Shown here one piece after another: positions 27,670-41,580 of a DNA stretch of 64,000 nt (positions are counted from its first letter, which is position 1; each line of letters opens with the position of its first letter). The notes under the pieces are model-generated. The model did not search any database, was not told the origin of the DNA, and worked only from the letters and a program-made list of their open reading frames with translations. A program made the position numbers and the translations under genes. This DNA comes from Octopus vulgaris (Eukaryota): the NCBI GenBank assembly GCA_951406725.2, contig OX597815.1:109926001-109990000 (forward strand), in the 5' to 3' direction.

Positions 27670-28520
27670 AAAGGAGCTTAGGGCTAAAGGCAAGAGAGTG
27701 AAGGCTTTATCTTGGCTGCCCAATTTCAGAACGTACTGACCCGAAACTATCAAGTGAACGTGATGCACAATGGTGTAGACCCAAAGTGCCGATACTGCCA
27801 CGATGGGGCAGAAATAGTGGACTACCTAATCTCTGGATGTAAGATTTTAGCACCTGTAGAGTACCAATCAAGACATGGCAGTGTTGGCCAATATCTAAAC
27901 TGGGTAATGTGCCGGCTTTATAAAATCAAAACTGAGGGCAAATTGTACAATCACTACCCTGAGGCTGTAACTGAGGGAGAAAATGTAACTATTGTTTAGG
28001 ACTTCCCAATATGTACAGAGCGGACCATCAAAGCAATCAAACCAGATATTGTTGTGAAAGACCAAAACAATAAAGTCTGTTTATTGATTGACATGAGCAT
28101 CCGCTGTGACAATAATATCTCGGCAAAAGAATTTGATTTGCTCATCGAAATCGAAAAGCTGTAGTATCTCAAGACGGTTACAATACAAGTGATTGTAGGA
28201 GCAGTTGGAATGATCAAAACAGGAACTGAAAACTATTTAAGAATGATCCTTGGCTTACCATCCATGCAGGAAGGGCAAAAGATTGTCTTAACTGGTACAT
28301 CACACGTATTGAGAAGAGCACTGTCGCTGTGAATTTTCTTTCCCTTTTTTCCCTTTGTTTTCCTTTGTGTACTGTTTTATTTTATTTTTTTTTCCTCTGT
28401 CTTTCTTCCTCTTTTTCTCTGTTACCTGACTTTGTAAATGGACAATTTGGTGTGTTTATTTCTCTGACCTAGGTGTCAGGAAGACACTCAACAAGAAATG
28501 GAAACAGAATTGAAAGCAGA
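27670..28520 (+). mobile_element. 5'-truncated REL-endonuclease LINE (R4/Dong-like)
   Basis: Zinc knuckle CRYCHDGAEIVDYLISGC, then SRH, KPDIVVKD...LLIDMS and VIVGAVGMI...GTSHVLRR. The 3' UTR runs into (AAT)n. Confidence 0.85.
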
Positions 28521-28534
28521 TGATAATGAACATG

Positions 28535-28611
<77 letters not shown>

Positions 28612-28614
28612 TCT

Positions 28615-28790
28615 TTCTAATTTTAGCACAGGGCCAGCAATTTTTGAGGGGTAAATTCGGTTATATCAGCCCCGTGTATTACCGGTGCTTTTTTTTTATC
28701 GTCCCCGAAAGGATGAAAAAGAAGGATGATTTCGACGGAATTTGAACTCAGAATATAAATACGGACAAAATACCGCTGAGCATTTTATCC
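28615..28790 (-). mobile_element. SINE family B
   Basis: tttatcgtccccgaaaggatgaaa...ggaatttgaactcagaa. Confidence 0.75.
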
Positions 28791-28969
28791 AGAATGTTTT
28801 GACTATGTTTCCTGTATGTGGATCCTCATTACTTATGAGTAATATACTACTAGTAACAAACGAATACGTTTAGCAAATCATCAGTTAATGGCAACCGATT
28901 GTATTGAAAAAGATTGAAGAGGGAATAATAAGCTAACCCCCATCTCCACAGGAAAGTTTCTAGCAGCCC

Positions 28970-29018
<49 letters not shown>

Positions 29019-29493
29019 CAATTTCACCTCTTCTGCTTGATGTTAAAGGACATTTATTATCATATCAAACCAAAACGGAATAAAATTCTAATAATATAGG
29101 TGTACAATTAATCATCGATCGCAGTACTTGAGCTTTATTTTCTCGACTCTGGAGAGATGGAAAGTCAATTTCAGCAGGATCTGTAACCACAACGCAAAGG
29201 ACGATAACAAAATATTGTTTTCAAATTTTGGCACAAGGCCAGGCCAGAAAGTTTGGTGGGAGGAGACTAGTCGATTACATCGATCCCACTACTTATACAA
29301 ATCTTAATATCTACTACAGGGCACAAGACTTGGAATTTTTGTGAAAGGGTTATCCTCGTACCTCGATTCCCGTACTTGGACGAAATGCTGCAAATGGTTA
29401 AAATGTCCACAAATGGCCAAAATGCCGCTAATTGGCCAAAATGCACCTAAGCATTTTTCCGGCGTGCGAACAATTCTGCCGCTTCGCTGCGTA

Positions 29494-29567
<74 letters not shown>

Positions 29568-29572
29568 TAATA

Positions 29573-30045
<473 letters not shown>

Positions 30046-30073
30046 TAATAATAATACTGATAATAATAATAAT

Positions 30074-30550
30074 AATATTGTTGTGAAAGACCAAAACAAT
30101 AAAGTTTGCTTATTGATCGACATGAGCATCCCCTGTGATCATAATATCTCAGCGAAAGAGTTTGACAAGCTCAGAAAATATAAAGACCTACTCATTGAAA
30201 TTGAGAAAATGTGGCATCTCAAGGCGGTTAAATACCAGTGATCGTAGGAGCACTAGGAATGATCAAGAAGGGAACCGAAAATTATATGAGAATGATCCCT
30301 GGCTTACCATCCCTGCAAGAAGTGCAAAAGATTGTCTTAACTGGTACATCACACGTATTGAGAAGAGCATTGTCGATATGAGAACTGTTGCTGCTCATGT
30401 ATTTTAATTTAACTTAAAAAAAAAAAAATGAACGAACTACTGAGTTTGGTTTAATGGCCTACCAATGTATACTATGAGTTTCTTTGCCCTAGGAGTCGGG
30501 AAGACACTCGGCAAGAAATGGAAGCAAATTTGAAAGAAGAAAAAAAAAGT
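30074..30550 (+). mobile_element. 3' end of a REL LINE, same family as 27670-28520
   Basis: attgttgtgaaagaccaaaacaataaag...cctaggagtcgggaagacactc is shared with 28048-28500; (AAT)n on both sides. Confidence 0.85.
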
Positions 30551-30679
30551 AATAATAATAATAATAATAATAATAATGATGATGATGATGATGATGATGA
30601 TGATACTGCTGCTGCTGATGATGATGATTATGATGATGATGACGACGACGACGATGATGATGATGATAGTGATTGTTAC

Positions 30680-31222
30680 AGACATGCAGAGGCAGTGGTC
30701 TTCATGGCTTCTGACCATAACTGATTGGAAGTGTTATGATGTACATTGTTTTGCCTTGGTATAAAAGATGGGCAACAGCAAATATTGTGCTCAATATCAC
30801 AGATTTGCTTATCAATTGTTTGACCGTAACCAGTTGAACATGTCCCTTAGTGGTTGACGATATGTGTATCTCTGATCGCAAGCAAAAGTAGTGGGGAAGT
30901 ATCATAGTCATGTGTTGAGAGGAATTCTTTGGCGTTTGAATAATTCACCTCTGGAAAGATGGGTGGTTCGTTCAACATTCTTAAACAACCCTTATTCAAG
31001 GACCTTTTGAGCCGGATGGGCTACTCGACCTGAAGACAATACTAACTGGGCTCCACCTGCAAGGCCATGTCCTGTTTATCTTGATATTAGATCACCATGT
31101 CACGCACATATGGTTGTGATGCATGTGCCTAGTGTACCCTTATCAGACGGGTAGCTATGATGTGTATACTGGCTTCATATATTTTGCCCCAGTATCACTT
31201 TAATGGCACGTTCTACCCTCTC

Positions 31223-31226
<4 letters not shown>
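30680..31226. mobile_element. Unclassified ~550-bp interspersed repeat, copy 2
   Basis: Colinear with 26951-27506 and followed by (ATT)n. Confidence 0.75.
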
Positions 31227-31255
<29 letters not shown>

Positions 31256-31256
31256 A

Positions 31257-31309
<53 letters not shown>

Positions 31310-32206
31310 CATTATTATGATAAAAATAATGATGATGATGATGATGACGATGATGAAGACGATGATGAAGATGATGATGATGATGACAATAATAATAATC
31401 CTTTCTTTATTAATATAAGGGCTGCAAATGAGGGAGCACCATAACAGGACATGTAGAAGGAGGAGGAAAGGAAGATGAGAAGAAGAAGAAGAAGAAGAAG
31501 AAGAAGAAGAAGAAGAAGAAGAAGAAGAAGAAGAAGAAGAAGAAGAAGAAGAAGAAGAAGAAGAAGAAGAAGAAGAAGAAGAAGAAGAAGAAGAAGAAGA
31601 AGAAGAAGAAGCAGCAGCATTTCCACATCACCATCATGCCACTTCCATCACCAAAAAAAAAAAATCAAAAATGTTATCAAATTCAATCGTGTGAATACCT
31701 TTCTCTTGATCTTCTAGACAATTCCCCTTTTTTCACCAACGTACCGAGACCGCCTTATAAAGAACTGTGACAATTAACCAACGAGGCAAGTTCCCATTAT
31801 TTCAAGCTGTGCGATCATGTGTTTAATCCCTTTTGAAATGTTATCTTTCCTATATTTGACATACACGATAAAACTCATAAAATGGCTGACTGGCTAACAT
31901 GGAACTTTGACTGGGTTTACCTGTCTTATCCTCCTATTCGTCAGTAATCCAACGACAAAGTGTCCGTTCTGACCTTTAGTTAACGAGTAATCGAATGAAT
32001 GATCAACAATCAAATAAGCGAATGAATAAATAAATAATCAGTCAAAACTTCCTTCCTGGCGAATATAATGGGACACAAGCATTTAGCGAGTGACATCAAT
32101 CAAACTGAATGACAAAAGAGAAATAACTCATACAAAACCAACTAGTATTAATTGGTAAGAGATTATTGCTGGGTCGATCAACAAGTTTCATCAATGGATA
32201 TGGGTA

Positions 32207-32449
32207 CATGCGTGGCCCTGTGGTTTAGAATTTCGCTTCAGAACCAAGTGATTTCGGCTGCATCTTGAGAAAGCGTCTTCTGCTATAATCCAAGGCCAAC
32301 CATTTGTATGATAATTTGGCACTGAAAGTATGTATGTATGTATATATGTAAGTATGTGTGTGTGTGTATGTATGTACGTATGTATGTATGTATGTATGTA
32401 TGTATGTATGTATGTATGTATGTATGTATGTATGTATGTATGTATCTAA

Positions 32450-32545
<96 letters not shown>

Positions 32546-32710
32546 GTGTATCATATATATATGTGTGTGTGTGTGTGTGTTTGTGTGTCTGTATTTGTCC
32601 CCTCCAAATTACTTGACAACCGATGCTGGTGTGTTTACGTCCCCGTAACTTAGCGGTTCGGCAAAAGAGACCGATAAAATAAGTAGTAATAACATCGACT
32701 AAAGGCGATG
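32207..32710 (+). mobile_element. Diverged SINE family A with expanded internal microsatellite
   Basis: 3' half cttgacaaccgatgctggtgtgtttacgtccccgtaacttagcggttcggcaaaagagaccgata. Confidence 0.75.
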
Positions 32711-32822
32711 TTATTAATCGTTTTGGAAGAAATGTGCTGTGTACATGTATTCCTACTACTAAAATAAACAAATTGTACCGAATGCAAAACTTCAAAGCAA
32801 GTCATTTATATGTCTTGAGTTC

Positions 32823-32886
32823 GTTGCACTGAAGAGCATAGAATGCATATTCTGCATTGATTGCGAAATCACAGGTGATATGTAAC
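32823..32886 (+). ncRNA. Type I hammerhead ribozyme
   Basis: Stem I GTTGCA/TGTAAC; core CTGAAGA; stem II GCA/TGC plus AATGCA/TGCATT; GAAA; stem III TCAC/GTGA. Predicted cleavage after AUA at 32880. Confidence 0.85.
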
Positions 32887-33316
32887 TAAATTCTGTTTTT
32901 AAATGACTTTCTTTGAAGTTTTGCATTCGGTACAATTTATTTATTTTAGGAGTTTTGACTGCAAAAGTCCCTCATAGCGTGCGGTACCTATGAATAATAG
33001 TACCCTCGATATAATATAAATAAATATTTTCAAAGTGGAAAAATTTACAGATTTTTTTCTCTTACGAGGTTTTTCACGCTAACTACTGATAATTTCTTAT
33101 AAAGATTTTATCCTTAATTTTAAATTTATATTTTCGCCGGAATAGTTCAATACTGAATTTTTGTTCCGAGTAGGCAAGTTGTTACCGAAATGCATTGCGA
33201 ATAAGCCCGCCATGTTCATAGATATGTAAAGATAAACATTCGTACATGCTGCGGCGAATTCTACGGTTGGCTGTCGGGTTTGTAATGTTGTGTTTTTTCT
33301 TATATGTCTTGAGTTC

Positions 33317-33380
33317 GTTGCACTGAAGAGCATAGAATGCATATTCTGCATTGATTGCGAAATCACAGGTGATATGTAAC
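33317..33380 (+). ncRNA. Type I hammerhead ribozyme (second copy)
   Basis: Identical to 32823-32886. Predicted cleavage after 33374. Confidence 0.85.
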
Positions 33381-33517
33381 TAAATTCTGTTTTTAAATGA
33401 CTTGCTTTGAAGTTTTGCATTCGGTACAATTTGCTTATTTTTGTAGTTTTGACTGCAAAAGTCCCTCCTAGCGTGTGGTATCTATGAATAATAGTACCCT
33501 CTATATAATATAATATA

Positions 33518-33549
<32 letters not shown>

Positions 33550-33710
33550 CAGAGAGAGAGAGAGAGACAGAGAGACAGAGAGACAGACAGAGACAGAGAC
33601 AGTCAGAGAGACAGAGAGAAGGATACAGATAGAGGCATAAGATATGCACACGCATCAACAAACACATACTACACACGGTCACGCACACACACGCACACAT
33701 GCACACACAC

Positions 33711-34143
33711 ACACGCATGGATCAAAACAGTTTTATTCAAATTCGTTGGCATCCGAGAGTTTCAAGCATGATTCTAATCTTCAGCAATTTTGAATTTGAA
33801 TGTTATTATCGTAAGATTGGCTGCAATTGGTCAAGGAAAGTCATGTGATGCCGTGGTTTGATGTTGGTATAACTGTATATCAGTAACGACAGTTAGTTGG
33901 AAAACATGGTGAACAGGAAATTCACCATGCGGTGTTTTCCAACTTACTGTCATCACTGATATACGGTTATACCAACATCAAACCACGATACCACATGGCC
34001 TTCCTCGGCCAATCACAGCCCACCTTATGGTAAAAACAATCAACTTCTTTAATTCAAATTCAAACTGGCTGAAGATTAGCATCAACCTTGAAACTCTCGG
34101 AGAACCAACGAATTTGAATCAAACAGTCTTGATCAATGCATGT
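33711..34143. repeat. ~430-bp imperfect palindrome (foldback element)
   Basis: Arms pair along their length (e.g. gtggtttgatgttggtataac / gttataccaacatcaaaccac). Centre is catggtgaa-caggaaa-ttcaccatg. Confidence 0.9.
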
Positions 34144-34459
34144 AAATCCCAATAAATTTATTGAGTACCCTTCTTTCTTTCGTTTGTCCACTTACTCAGT
34201 CGTCTGAGAGACTAAATCATTCGTATATGTGTCAAAACGTGGTTATATTATCCGAAATGTACATTATTATATATCCATCACGGCTGAGAGTATATTTTGT
34301 GGGGTGTACATGGGTGCATTAATGTGTGCTTTGGTCAAACTCTTTACCGGGACCGAGGGCATTATTGGAAATTCGAGGGCAGGGACCTGTGGTTAAAGAA
34401 AGTGGGGAATACCAACTATCGCATTACACTGGATACATTGTCCTTCATACACACACACA

Positions 34460-34578
<119 letters not shown>

Positions 34579-34594
34579 GACAGAGAAAGTTATC

Positions 34595-35460
34595 ATGGCG
34601 ATACCTGTTCAGAAGCCTATGCAAAGTTGCAGAAAGAGTATGAAGAAGAGTGTATGAGCAGCATACAAGAGTACGAGCAGTTTACACCTTTCCAAGATGG
34701 CAGAAAAAATGTTGATATTGAGGAACGGAATCTTTTCGGTTTGAACGGCAGTTTTTTCTAGCGGTGTCATATGAAATTCTCACCCATAATTATGACACTA
34801 GTATCGACCTATTGCATTTCAATCTGTTTTAGGGTTAGGGTTAGATTTAGAGTTGGGGTTAGTTTGGGTTAGTTAGGGTTAGGGTTAAGGATGGGGGGAA
34901 GGGTATCTTTTTTTCTTCAGAAATGTGAATAAACCCAATCTGTTTCTTAAACGAGGGACATATTCATACGGCACAGAATGTTTTCACCTCAATAGACGTC
35001 ATTGATTGGTTGAAATTGCAGAAATTGGAGAAAAAAACAACAAATATCTTACAAATTATAGGATTTTCTCAATAAAGCCAAGAAAAACAGATGTTTTATA
35101 AACACATTCTACCAGTATACGAAATTTAAAAGTGTTTAGTTACGTGGAAATTATTTTAAAAAACTGCCGGTCAAACCGAAAAGATCCGAGGAACGTTCTG
35201 GGAGACCCGCATGCAGCAGAGCTGAGAAAAGCAGCGCAGATGTGTGTGCAGCTGTGAGGGGAAATCGTCGAATCACCATCCGCGTCTTATCAGAGGATGT
35301 GCAGATTAGTTACGGCTCAGTTCATTCCATTATCACTGAAGATTTGGATATGAGACTCGTGATGCCAAGTTTTGCCAAAACCGCTTCCAGATGACCAAAA
35401 AGAAACTCGGGTTTCAGTTGCACTAGATCTCCTTGATTGTGTCAAGAACGATGAAAGCAG
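34595..35460 (+). pseudogene. Mariner transposase N-terminal (HTH) relic interrupted by a MITE
   Basis: After removing the MITE and one TSD it reads GDTCSEAYAKLQKEYEEECMS...FQDGRKNVDIEERSGRP...VRGNRRITIRVLSEDVQISYGSVHSIITEDLDMR. Confidence 0.85.
34728..35187 (+). mobile_element. Merlin-like MITE with TTAGGG repeats, copy 2
   Basis: TIRs as in copy 1; 8-bp TSD GAGGAACG at 34720-34727 and 35188-35195. Confidence 0.9.
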
Positions 35461-35739
35461 CAGAGTACAAGGTTACTCTGTGCCAAGCGATTTCACTCTG
35501 CGTGCTTTAACTTCGTTACTATAGCAACAGTCCAGATGTTTATTGATCTGACTACACACACACACATATATATATATATATATTTCTCTACGATTACCAT
35601 GTATCAAAACCAGTCACAAGTCATTATACATATATTAAGTACATATGTGTGTGTGTGTGTGTTTGTGTATAGGAACGGTGAAAGGTAAGTAGGCATTGGA
35701 AATTGGTAATAAAATCCATATTCCTTTTACAAATTTATT

Positions 35740-35935
35740 GAAACAAATGAAAGCAAATCTTCACATTTCAACATAAGCATTTGTGGCATCAACCAGTTTC
35801 CTCAAACGGTCAGGGATGGAATGAACAACTTTCTGAAGGACGTCGTTCTCCAGTGTGCGAGGTTTTTATCTTGTACACCTCTGATGTGTAACCCTACAGA
35901 TAAAAATCACATGGAGCGAGATCTGGACTTCTTTG
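35740..35935 (-). pseudogene. Tc1/mariner transposase C-terminal relic
   Basis: Minus strand reads SPDLAPCDFYL*GY and LENDVLQKVVHSIPDRLRKLVDATNAYVEM*. Confidence 0.7.
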
Positions 35936-37263
35936 GAGTGCTGAACTTTTGGACTTCTGCGGTCACAATCTTCGGGTTTTAACTCCTGCACGCAATGGCG
36001 TTTTCCTCAAACGAAAATTCAACTTTTATACAACAGAATGGCTGCAAACTGCTCAATCGAGACTGACCTAGGATTAAACGAGAAGAAGAAGAAGAAGAAG
36101 AAGAAGAAGAAGAAGAAGAAGAAGAAGAAGAAGAAGAAGAAGAAGAAGAAGAAGAAGAAGAAGAAGAACAACAACAACAACAACAATAACAACAACAACA
36201 ACAACAACAAAAACAGCGACTACGACGATGACTACGGTGTCAACAACAACCATCCCACACCGCTATTTCCTTACAAACCACGATGGCGGAAACATCAAAA
36301 CACTAGCAACAATTTGAGCGTTAAGGCATTCATTTTTTTCCTTTGAGAATGTGGTTGTTTTAGCGGAGAATGAGGCGGTAGGGATAGTGGTAGTGGTGGT
36401 AATATCAGTTACACAAATGTAGGTATGGGTGCTATGACGGTGGAGCACGGTATGAGTCTTAGTGGAAACGGTAACAGAAAAAGTAGTATGGGTGCGAGTG
36501 CCAATGTTAGTAGTACTGATATCAAAGTTGCGTGTAGCGGTAGTGGTGATTATAGCGGGAAGGGTGTGTTCATTTTGTGATTGGTTGCGGTGGTGGTAAT
36601 GGTGACGGCGTTGATAATGATGACGATTACAGTGGTGGTGATGATGGTAGAGGTGATGGTAGTGGAGGTGATGGTAGCGGAGGTGTTGTTGTTGGTGGTA
36701 ATAGTGGTGGATGTAATGGTGGTGGAGGTGGTGGTGGTGGTGGTGGAGGTGATGGTGGTGGTGATTGTGCAGATGATGGCAGCGATGCTAGTGTATACGT
36801 GGCAAGGGTCGTGAGTTCCGTACTGGTACTAGTTGTAGTGACGATGGTGGTGGTGGTGGTGGTGGTGATGGTGGTGGTGATATTGGTAACGTTGATGGTG
36901 GGGGAGGGCGAGGTTGGGAAGTATTATAAGAATGGTAGTTGTGTGAACGTAATACTGGAAGTGGCTACGGGATTGATGGTGTGGAAGCTAGTGGTGGAGT
37001 TAATAGTGGTGGTCGTGGTGGTGTTAGCTTTCGCAGCTTGAGGTATGTTGTGGGGATAAAGGGAGTATCAGAGTATAACATTGACAGAAGGCAATTTATT
37101 ATGTCATCAAATGGCTAGCCAGGGCAAGGCTTCTATCATAATGTTGGTGGAAGACCCGCTAAAGATCAAAGGCACCGTGCTGACACAAGAAAGTTTCTGT
37201 ACTTGAGGACGTCGGCTAAAAAGCGCATTTAATTTTTTATTTATTCTGTACCGTACGCCGTGT

Positions 37264-37326
<63 letters not shown>

Positions 37327-38593
37327 TGTGTCTGTGTGCGCGCGCATATATATATATGTATGTATGTGTGTATATTTATATATGATATATGTGTGCGTTT
37401 GCGAGCGTTAACAAATGTGTGTGTATGTGTGTGTGTGTGTGTGTGTATGTGTGTGCATATATGCATATATATATATATATATATGCTCACATATATGATA
37501 CGGAAATTTATACATACATTTTATATGTATGTGTATATAATATTTTATTCAGAGTTTTTTTGTATGTATGTAATGTATGCGTACATTTTATATATGCATG
37601 TATGTAGTATTTTCTACGTTTTTTTTCACATCTTTCAATCTCAATTAACACCCTGTCACCACTTCCACCAAGTCCATAACGTAGCTTTATTTCTCTTTTC
37701 ACTATATTTATTTGTTTAATGTCTTTTATATATTTATTTGTTGTATAATTTTCTTTTTTCTGATTTAATATTTTTTTCTGTAGTTCATTTTTTTATTTTC
37801 TATCACCTCCACATTTTTTTTCATCTCAAAACCATTTTTGAAAGAGTATTGTTTCTCTCCTCCTTCTTACCACACTTGTCGACCTCACCAGCTACCATCA
37901 CAACCGCCATCACCACCACATCACCAGCAGCAGCAGCACCACCACATCACCAGCAGCAGCAGCACCACCACCACCATCACCAAATTCAACTATGATTCTA
38001 ACATTACCACAATTTAATACCACTTCATGTATGTCGACTGTGCTGTGATGTTAAAGATATGACGCCAGAACGCTATTTTCACCTATACAGTATCACAAGG
38101 ATGAACATCTCTGCTAAAATCGTAGAACCAATATTTTTCATTACAACCATTACTAAAACAGTGGTTTCTAAACAGTCTCAGAGATACAATCTTACTGTGG
38201 TCTTTGGCTTGACAAGGTGCAAAGAGACTGAAAACAGATGAAATCATATAACCACGTTCTTCCACGATCTGACTCCAAACCTTCTGCTGTTAGATTTGCG
38301 TTTCTTGCTTCCGAGGAATTTGTGTTTGTTGTAGGCATCGATGTTGCTGTTGTTGTTTTTTAGCTCCATATCCACTTCATCGATAGACGTATAATGAAAG
38401 TAATACTGACCATGACAAATCCCGCCTTTAAATGCAAGACTATTTTAGTGGGTTGTGCATAAACTGGGGGAATTTGCTATGTATGTATGAATGTATGTAT
38501 GTACGTGCGTGCGTGTGTACGTATGTATTTATGTATGTATGTATTTATGTATGTATGTATGTATGTATGGAGGGAGGGAGGGATGCATACATG

Positions 38594-38961
38594 GGTACTA
38601 CTTTGGCGTGTGATCTACGACTTAAAGGGCGATTACTTTAAGTTACCTTTTAATTTATTTTTCAATTTCTAAAAACTCTTAAGATATTGGCTAAAGTTTT
38701 TTACAGTAAATTCTTCTGTACATGCTCAGCATTGTAAATGAAGTTTTTTTAAAATTCTTATTACATCAATTATAATAAAACCATGTCTCATTTATGTCTT
38801 AGAAAATAATAATAAGAAACTAAGAATAAACAATATAATAATTAAAATAAGCGCATAAATCACACAAGTTTGGCATCTGCTAGTTTTACAACGTAAAACG
38901 ACTAAAAACTAACCTAAAGTAATCGCCCTACAAGCTGTAGATCACACGCCAAAGTAGTACC
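38594..38961. mobile_element. MITE with ~47-bp TIRs
   Basis: ggtactactttggcgtgtgatctac...gggcgattacttta / taaagtaatcgccc...gtagatcacacgccaaagtagtacc, around an AT-rich core. No clear TSD. Confidence 0.8.
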
Positions 38962-39261
38962 AAAGTATGTATGTATAAAATTTGCTCTCTGTTTTTAATA
39001 GGATCATTGATTGTGTACGGTCAACTTCTCCTACCTTTCCCTCTATGGTTAGTATTTCCAGAGATTGTACAAGGGAGAACGGAAATAATGTTATAGCAAA
39101 ACTTTGCAATCGTGGTTCGGAGAAAGAACGAGTTACATTTTGTTAAAATACCTTAAAAAAGTAGCTAAATTAATGAAATAAATAATGAATTCAAATTACT
39201 TTTTAAGTATCAATAACTACTCTCTACATAATAATAAAATTGTTTATATTTTTTATCACTA

Positions 39262-39510
39262 CGTTTTACTTGTTTCAGTCACAGAACTGCAGCCATGCTG
39301 GGCACCACCTAGAAGTGTTTAGTCGAACAAATCAATCCCAGTTTGTTTTTAATAGTCTGGTACATATTTTATCGGTCAGCCAAATTCACTGTCAAGGAAT
39401 TGGTCAGCCCAGGAATATCGCAGAAGCATTTGCCCAAGTTGCCCCACACTGGAGCTGAACCCGAAATTACATGCTTACAAAGCGAACTTCTTAGCCACAC
39501 AGCCATATGT
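39262..39510 (-). mobile_element. SINE family A, internally deleted
   Basis: ttttacttgtttcagtca...gccatgctgg...ctgaacccg...ccacacagcca. Confidence 0.75.
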
Positions 39511-40489
39511 CTAAATGAAAAGAATTAAAGAAATCTTATTGAATACCTTCATTCACTCACTCACTCACTCACTCACTCACTCACTCATTCACTCACTCAC
39601 TCACTCACTCACTCACTCACTCACCTACTCACTCATTCACTCACTCACTCACCCATCACTCACTCACCCACGCACTTTCTCTCCCTCTCTCCCTCTTACT
39701 TCACACACACAAACACACACACACAAGCATACTTATCAATTATATTATATAAATGAGAGTGTATGTATGTATGTATGTATCACTGAAAGGCCCGAAACAG
39801 TGCATCCTGGACAAAACGGATATGATTTTTGAAATGTGCGTCCCAACGACAAGGTGTTCGGTTATAATTAATCAAAATATTTAGTTTTCTACGTGAAATG
39901 ACTGAACATTTATATCGAGAGGTCTACCACTCTCTAGCAAATGGAACAAAAGAATCCAAAAATCGGGTTTAGAATGACAAAGTATATCAGTTCAGCAAAT
40001 TTAAAAATTTTCTCTTAATTTTAAAATTTCAAAATATGTGACAGCAACAGAAAAGATATCTCTCTCTCTCACTTTCTCTCACTCTCTGCATTCGTATTGC
40101 GCTCACGCTAAGTGTTTTGTATTATCTTGTGAATGTGTGTGTGTGTTTCTGTGCCTGTCTGTATTTGTGTGTGTGTGTGTGCATGCGTGTAAGGAATTTT
40201 ATTCTGTTGACTAGCAGCGAACTAAGAAAAATCTTTACATGTATGCACCAAATGTAACAACAAAACTTCGTTTAACGAGACATTATAAGTTGCTCCAAAT
40301 AATGCAGAAATCTGTCCTGATCAAGATGTCTATTCGTCGGAGATGACATGATGTGACACGGAACAAAGCAAATTGAAATAAGGGCATTTTATTGTCAAAA
40401 AACTGACCAGCAACGACAGGATACTGGGCTAGTATACACAAACAGATACACACACACACACACATACACACACGCAAACAAGCATATGT

Positions 40490-40610
40490 ATGGCGCAAGG
40501 ACAGTTGTGGTTAAGAAGCTTGTTTCGCAGCTACGTGGTTTCCGGTTCAGTCTTATCGCATGGCACCATGGACAAGTGTCTTCCGCTATGACTACTGGCC
40601 GACCAATGAC
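40490..40610 (+). mobile_element. SINE family A, 5' part
   Basis: ggcgcaagg...gtggttaagaagcttg...ggttcagtc...ggacaagtgtcttc. Confidence 0.75.
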
Positions 40611-40864
40611 TATCAGGAATGGCCTCAGGTAAAACGACAACCTCAACAGAATTAATATACTGTGTCACACATAAAGATTGGCTAGTCACGGTTGGAATAC
40701 CGGTTTTAAGCTAGATCTGAACGAAAGGTCGATATAAATGACTTCCCATGCCCGTCAAGGCTGGTGAAAGAGAATTCTATCTCGTGTATATTTTTTTATT
40801 TTCAAGAGTCTATGGACTGCAATGACACGTTTATTTCATAATATTTATTTCTAAGACAAAGAAA

Positions 40865-41081
40865 TATTGGCTTCTGAGTTTGGTACAAGGACAGTAGTTT
40901 TGGGGAAGGGGCCAAGTCGATTACATCGACCTCAGTGCTCACTGGTACTTATTTTATCGACTCCGGAAGGATGACAGGCAAAGTCAATCTCGGCGAAATT
41001 TGAACTCAGAACGTGAAGTCGGACAAATTGCCGCAAAACATTTCCTCCGGTGTGTTAACGAATCAACCAGCTTGTCGCCTT
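40865..41081 (-). mobile_element. SINE family B, full length
   Basis: gtcgattacatcgacctcagtgctcactggtacttattttatcgactccggaaggatga...ccagcttgtcgcct. Confidence 0.9.
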
Positions 41082-41580
41082 AAAAAAAGGCAAAGAAATA
41101 TTATGATTGAATAAAAGCTGATTAAATAACATCTGATTCTGTTTCTCCCCATGTGTGTTCTGATAACTTTAGACATGTGAACGGAAGTTTTAAGACCACC
41201 CAATCTTTTTTTCCTTCCGACAGTGTGCATCGGTGGTGGGGTGTCACAGTATCCAATGTACCAGTCAGTCTCGCATTAAGACAACAGCGTGTGATTTGAG
41301 GGAGATGGCTATTATTTCTGGCAGGTCTAGCGACTGCATCGATACACCTACCTTTGTTCCAAGGTTATTTACTGAAAATACATGTGCTCGTTTAATGTAC
41401 AGAAAATCGTTTTTGCGAAAATATATTCACTATGGGTCACATGTTCAAAATAATCGTTCTAATTTTAAGCGAAGGCTAACGTTATTGTCCTTCAGTCAGT
41501 TCTGCTACTTTTATCGATTTATTTGTCTGTTTACCGCTGGCTTTTACTCCCACAAACTACATCCATATACATGTACACAC

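Larger units (their letters stand above)
32755..33513 (+). mobile_element. Non-autonomous retrozyme/PLE-type element: 494-bp unit in partial tandem with 5' inversion
   Basis: Direct repeats 32806-33019 and 33300-33513, inverted segment 32755-32808, 3' end in (TA)n, and one hammerhead per repeat. Confidence 0.85.

Noticed and set aside
34829-34890. TTAGGG tract as a chromosome fusion or healing scar
   Set aside because: It is an internal part of a three-copy MITE.
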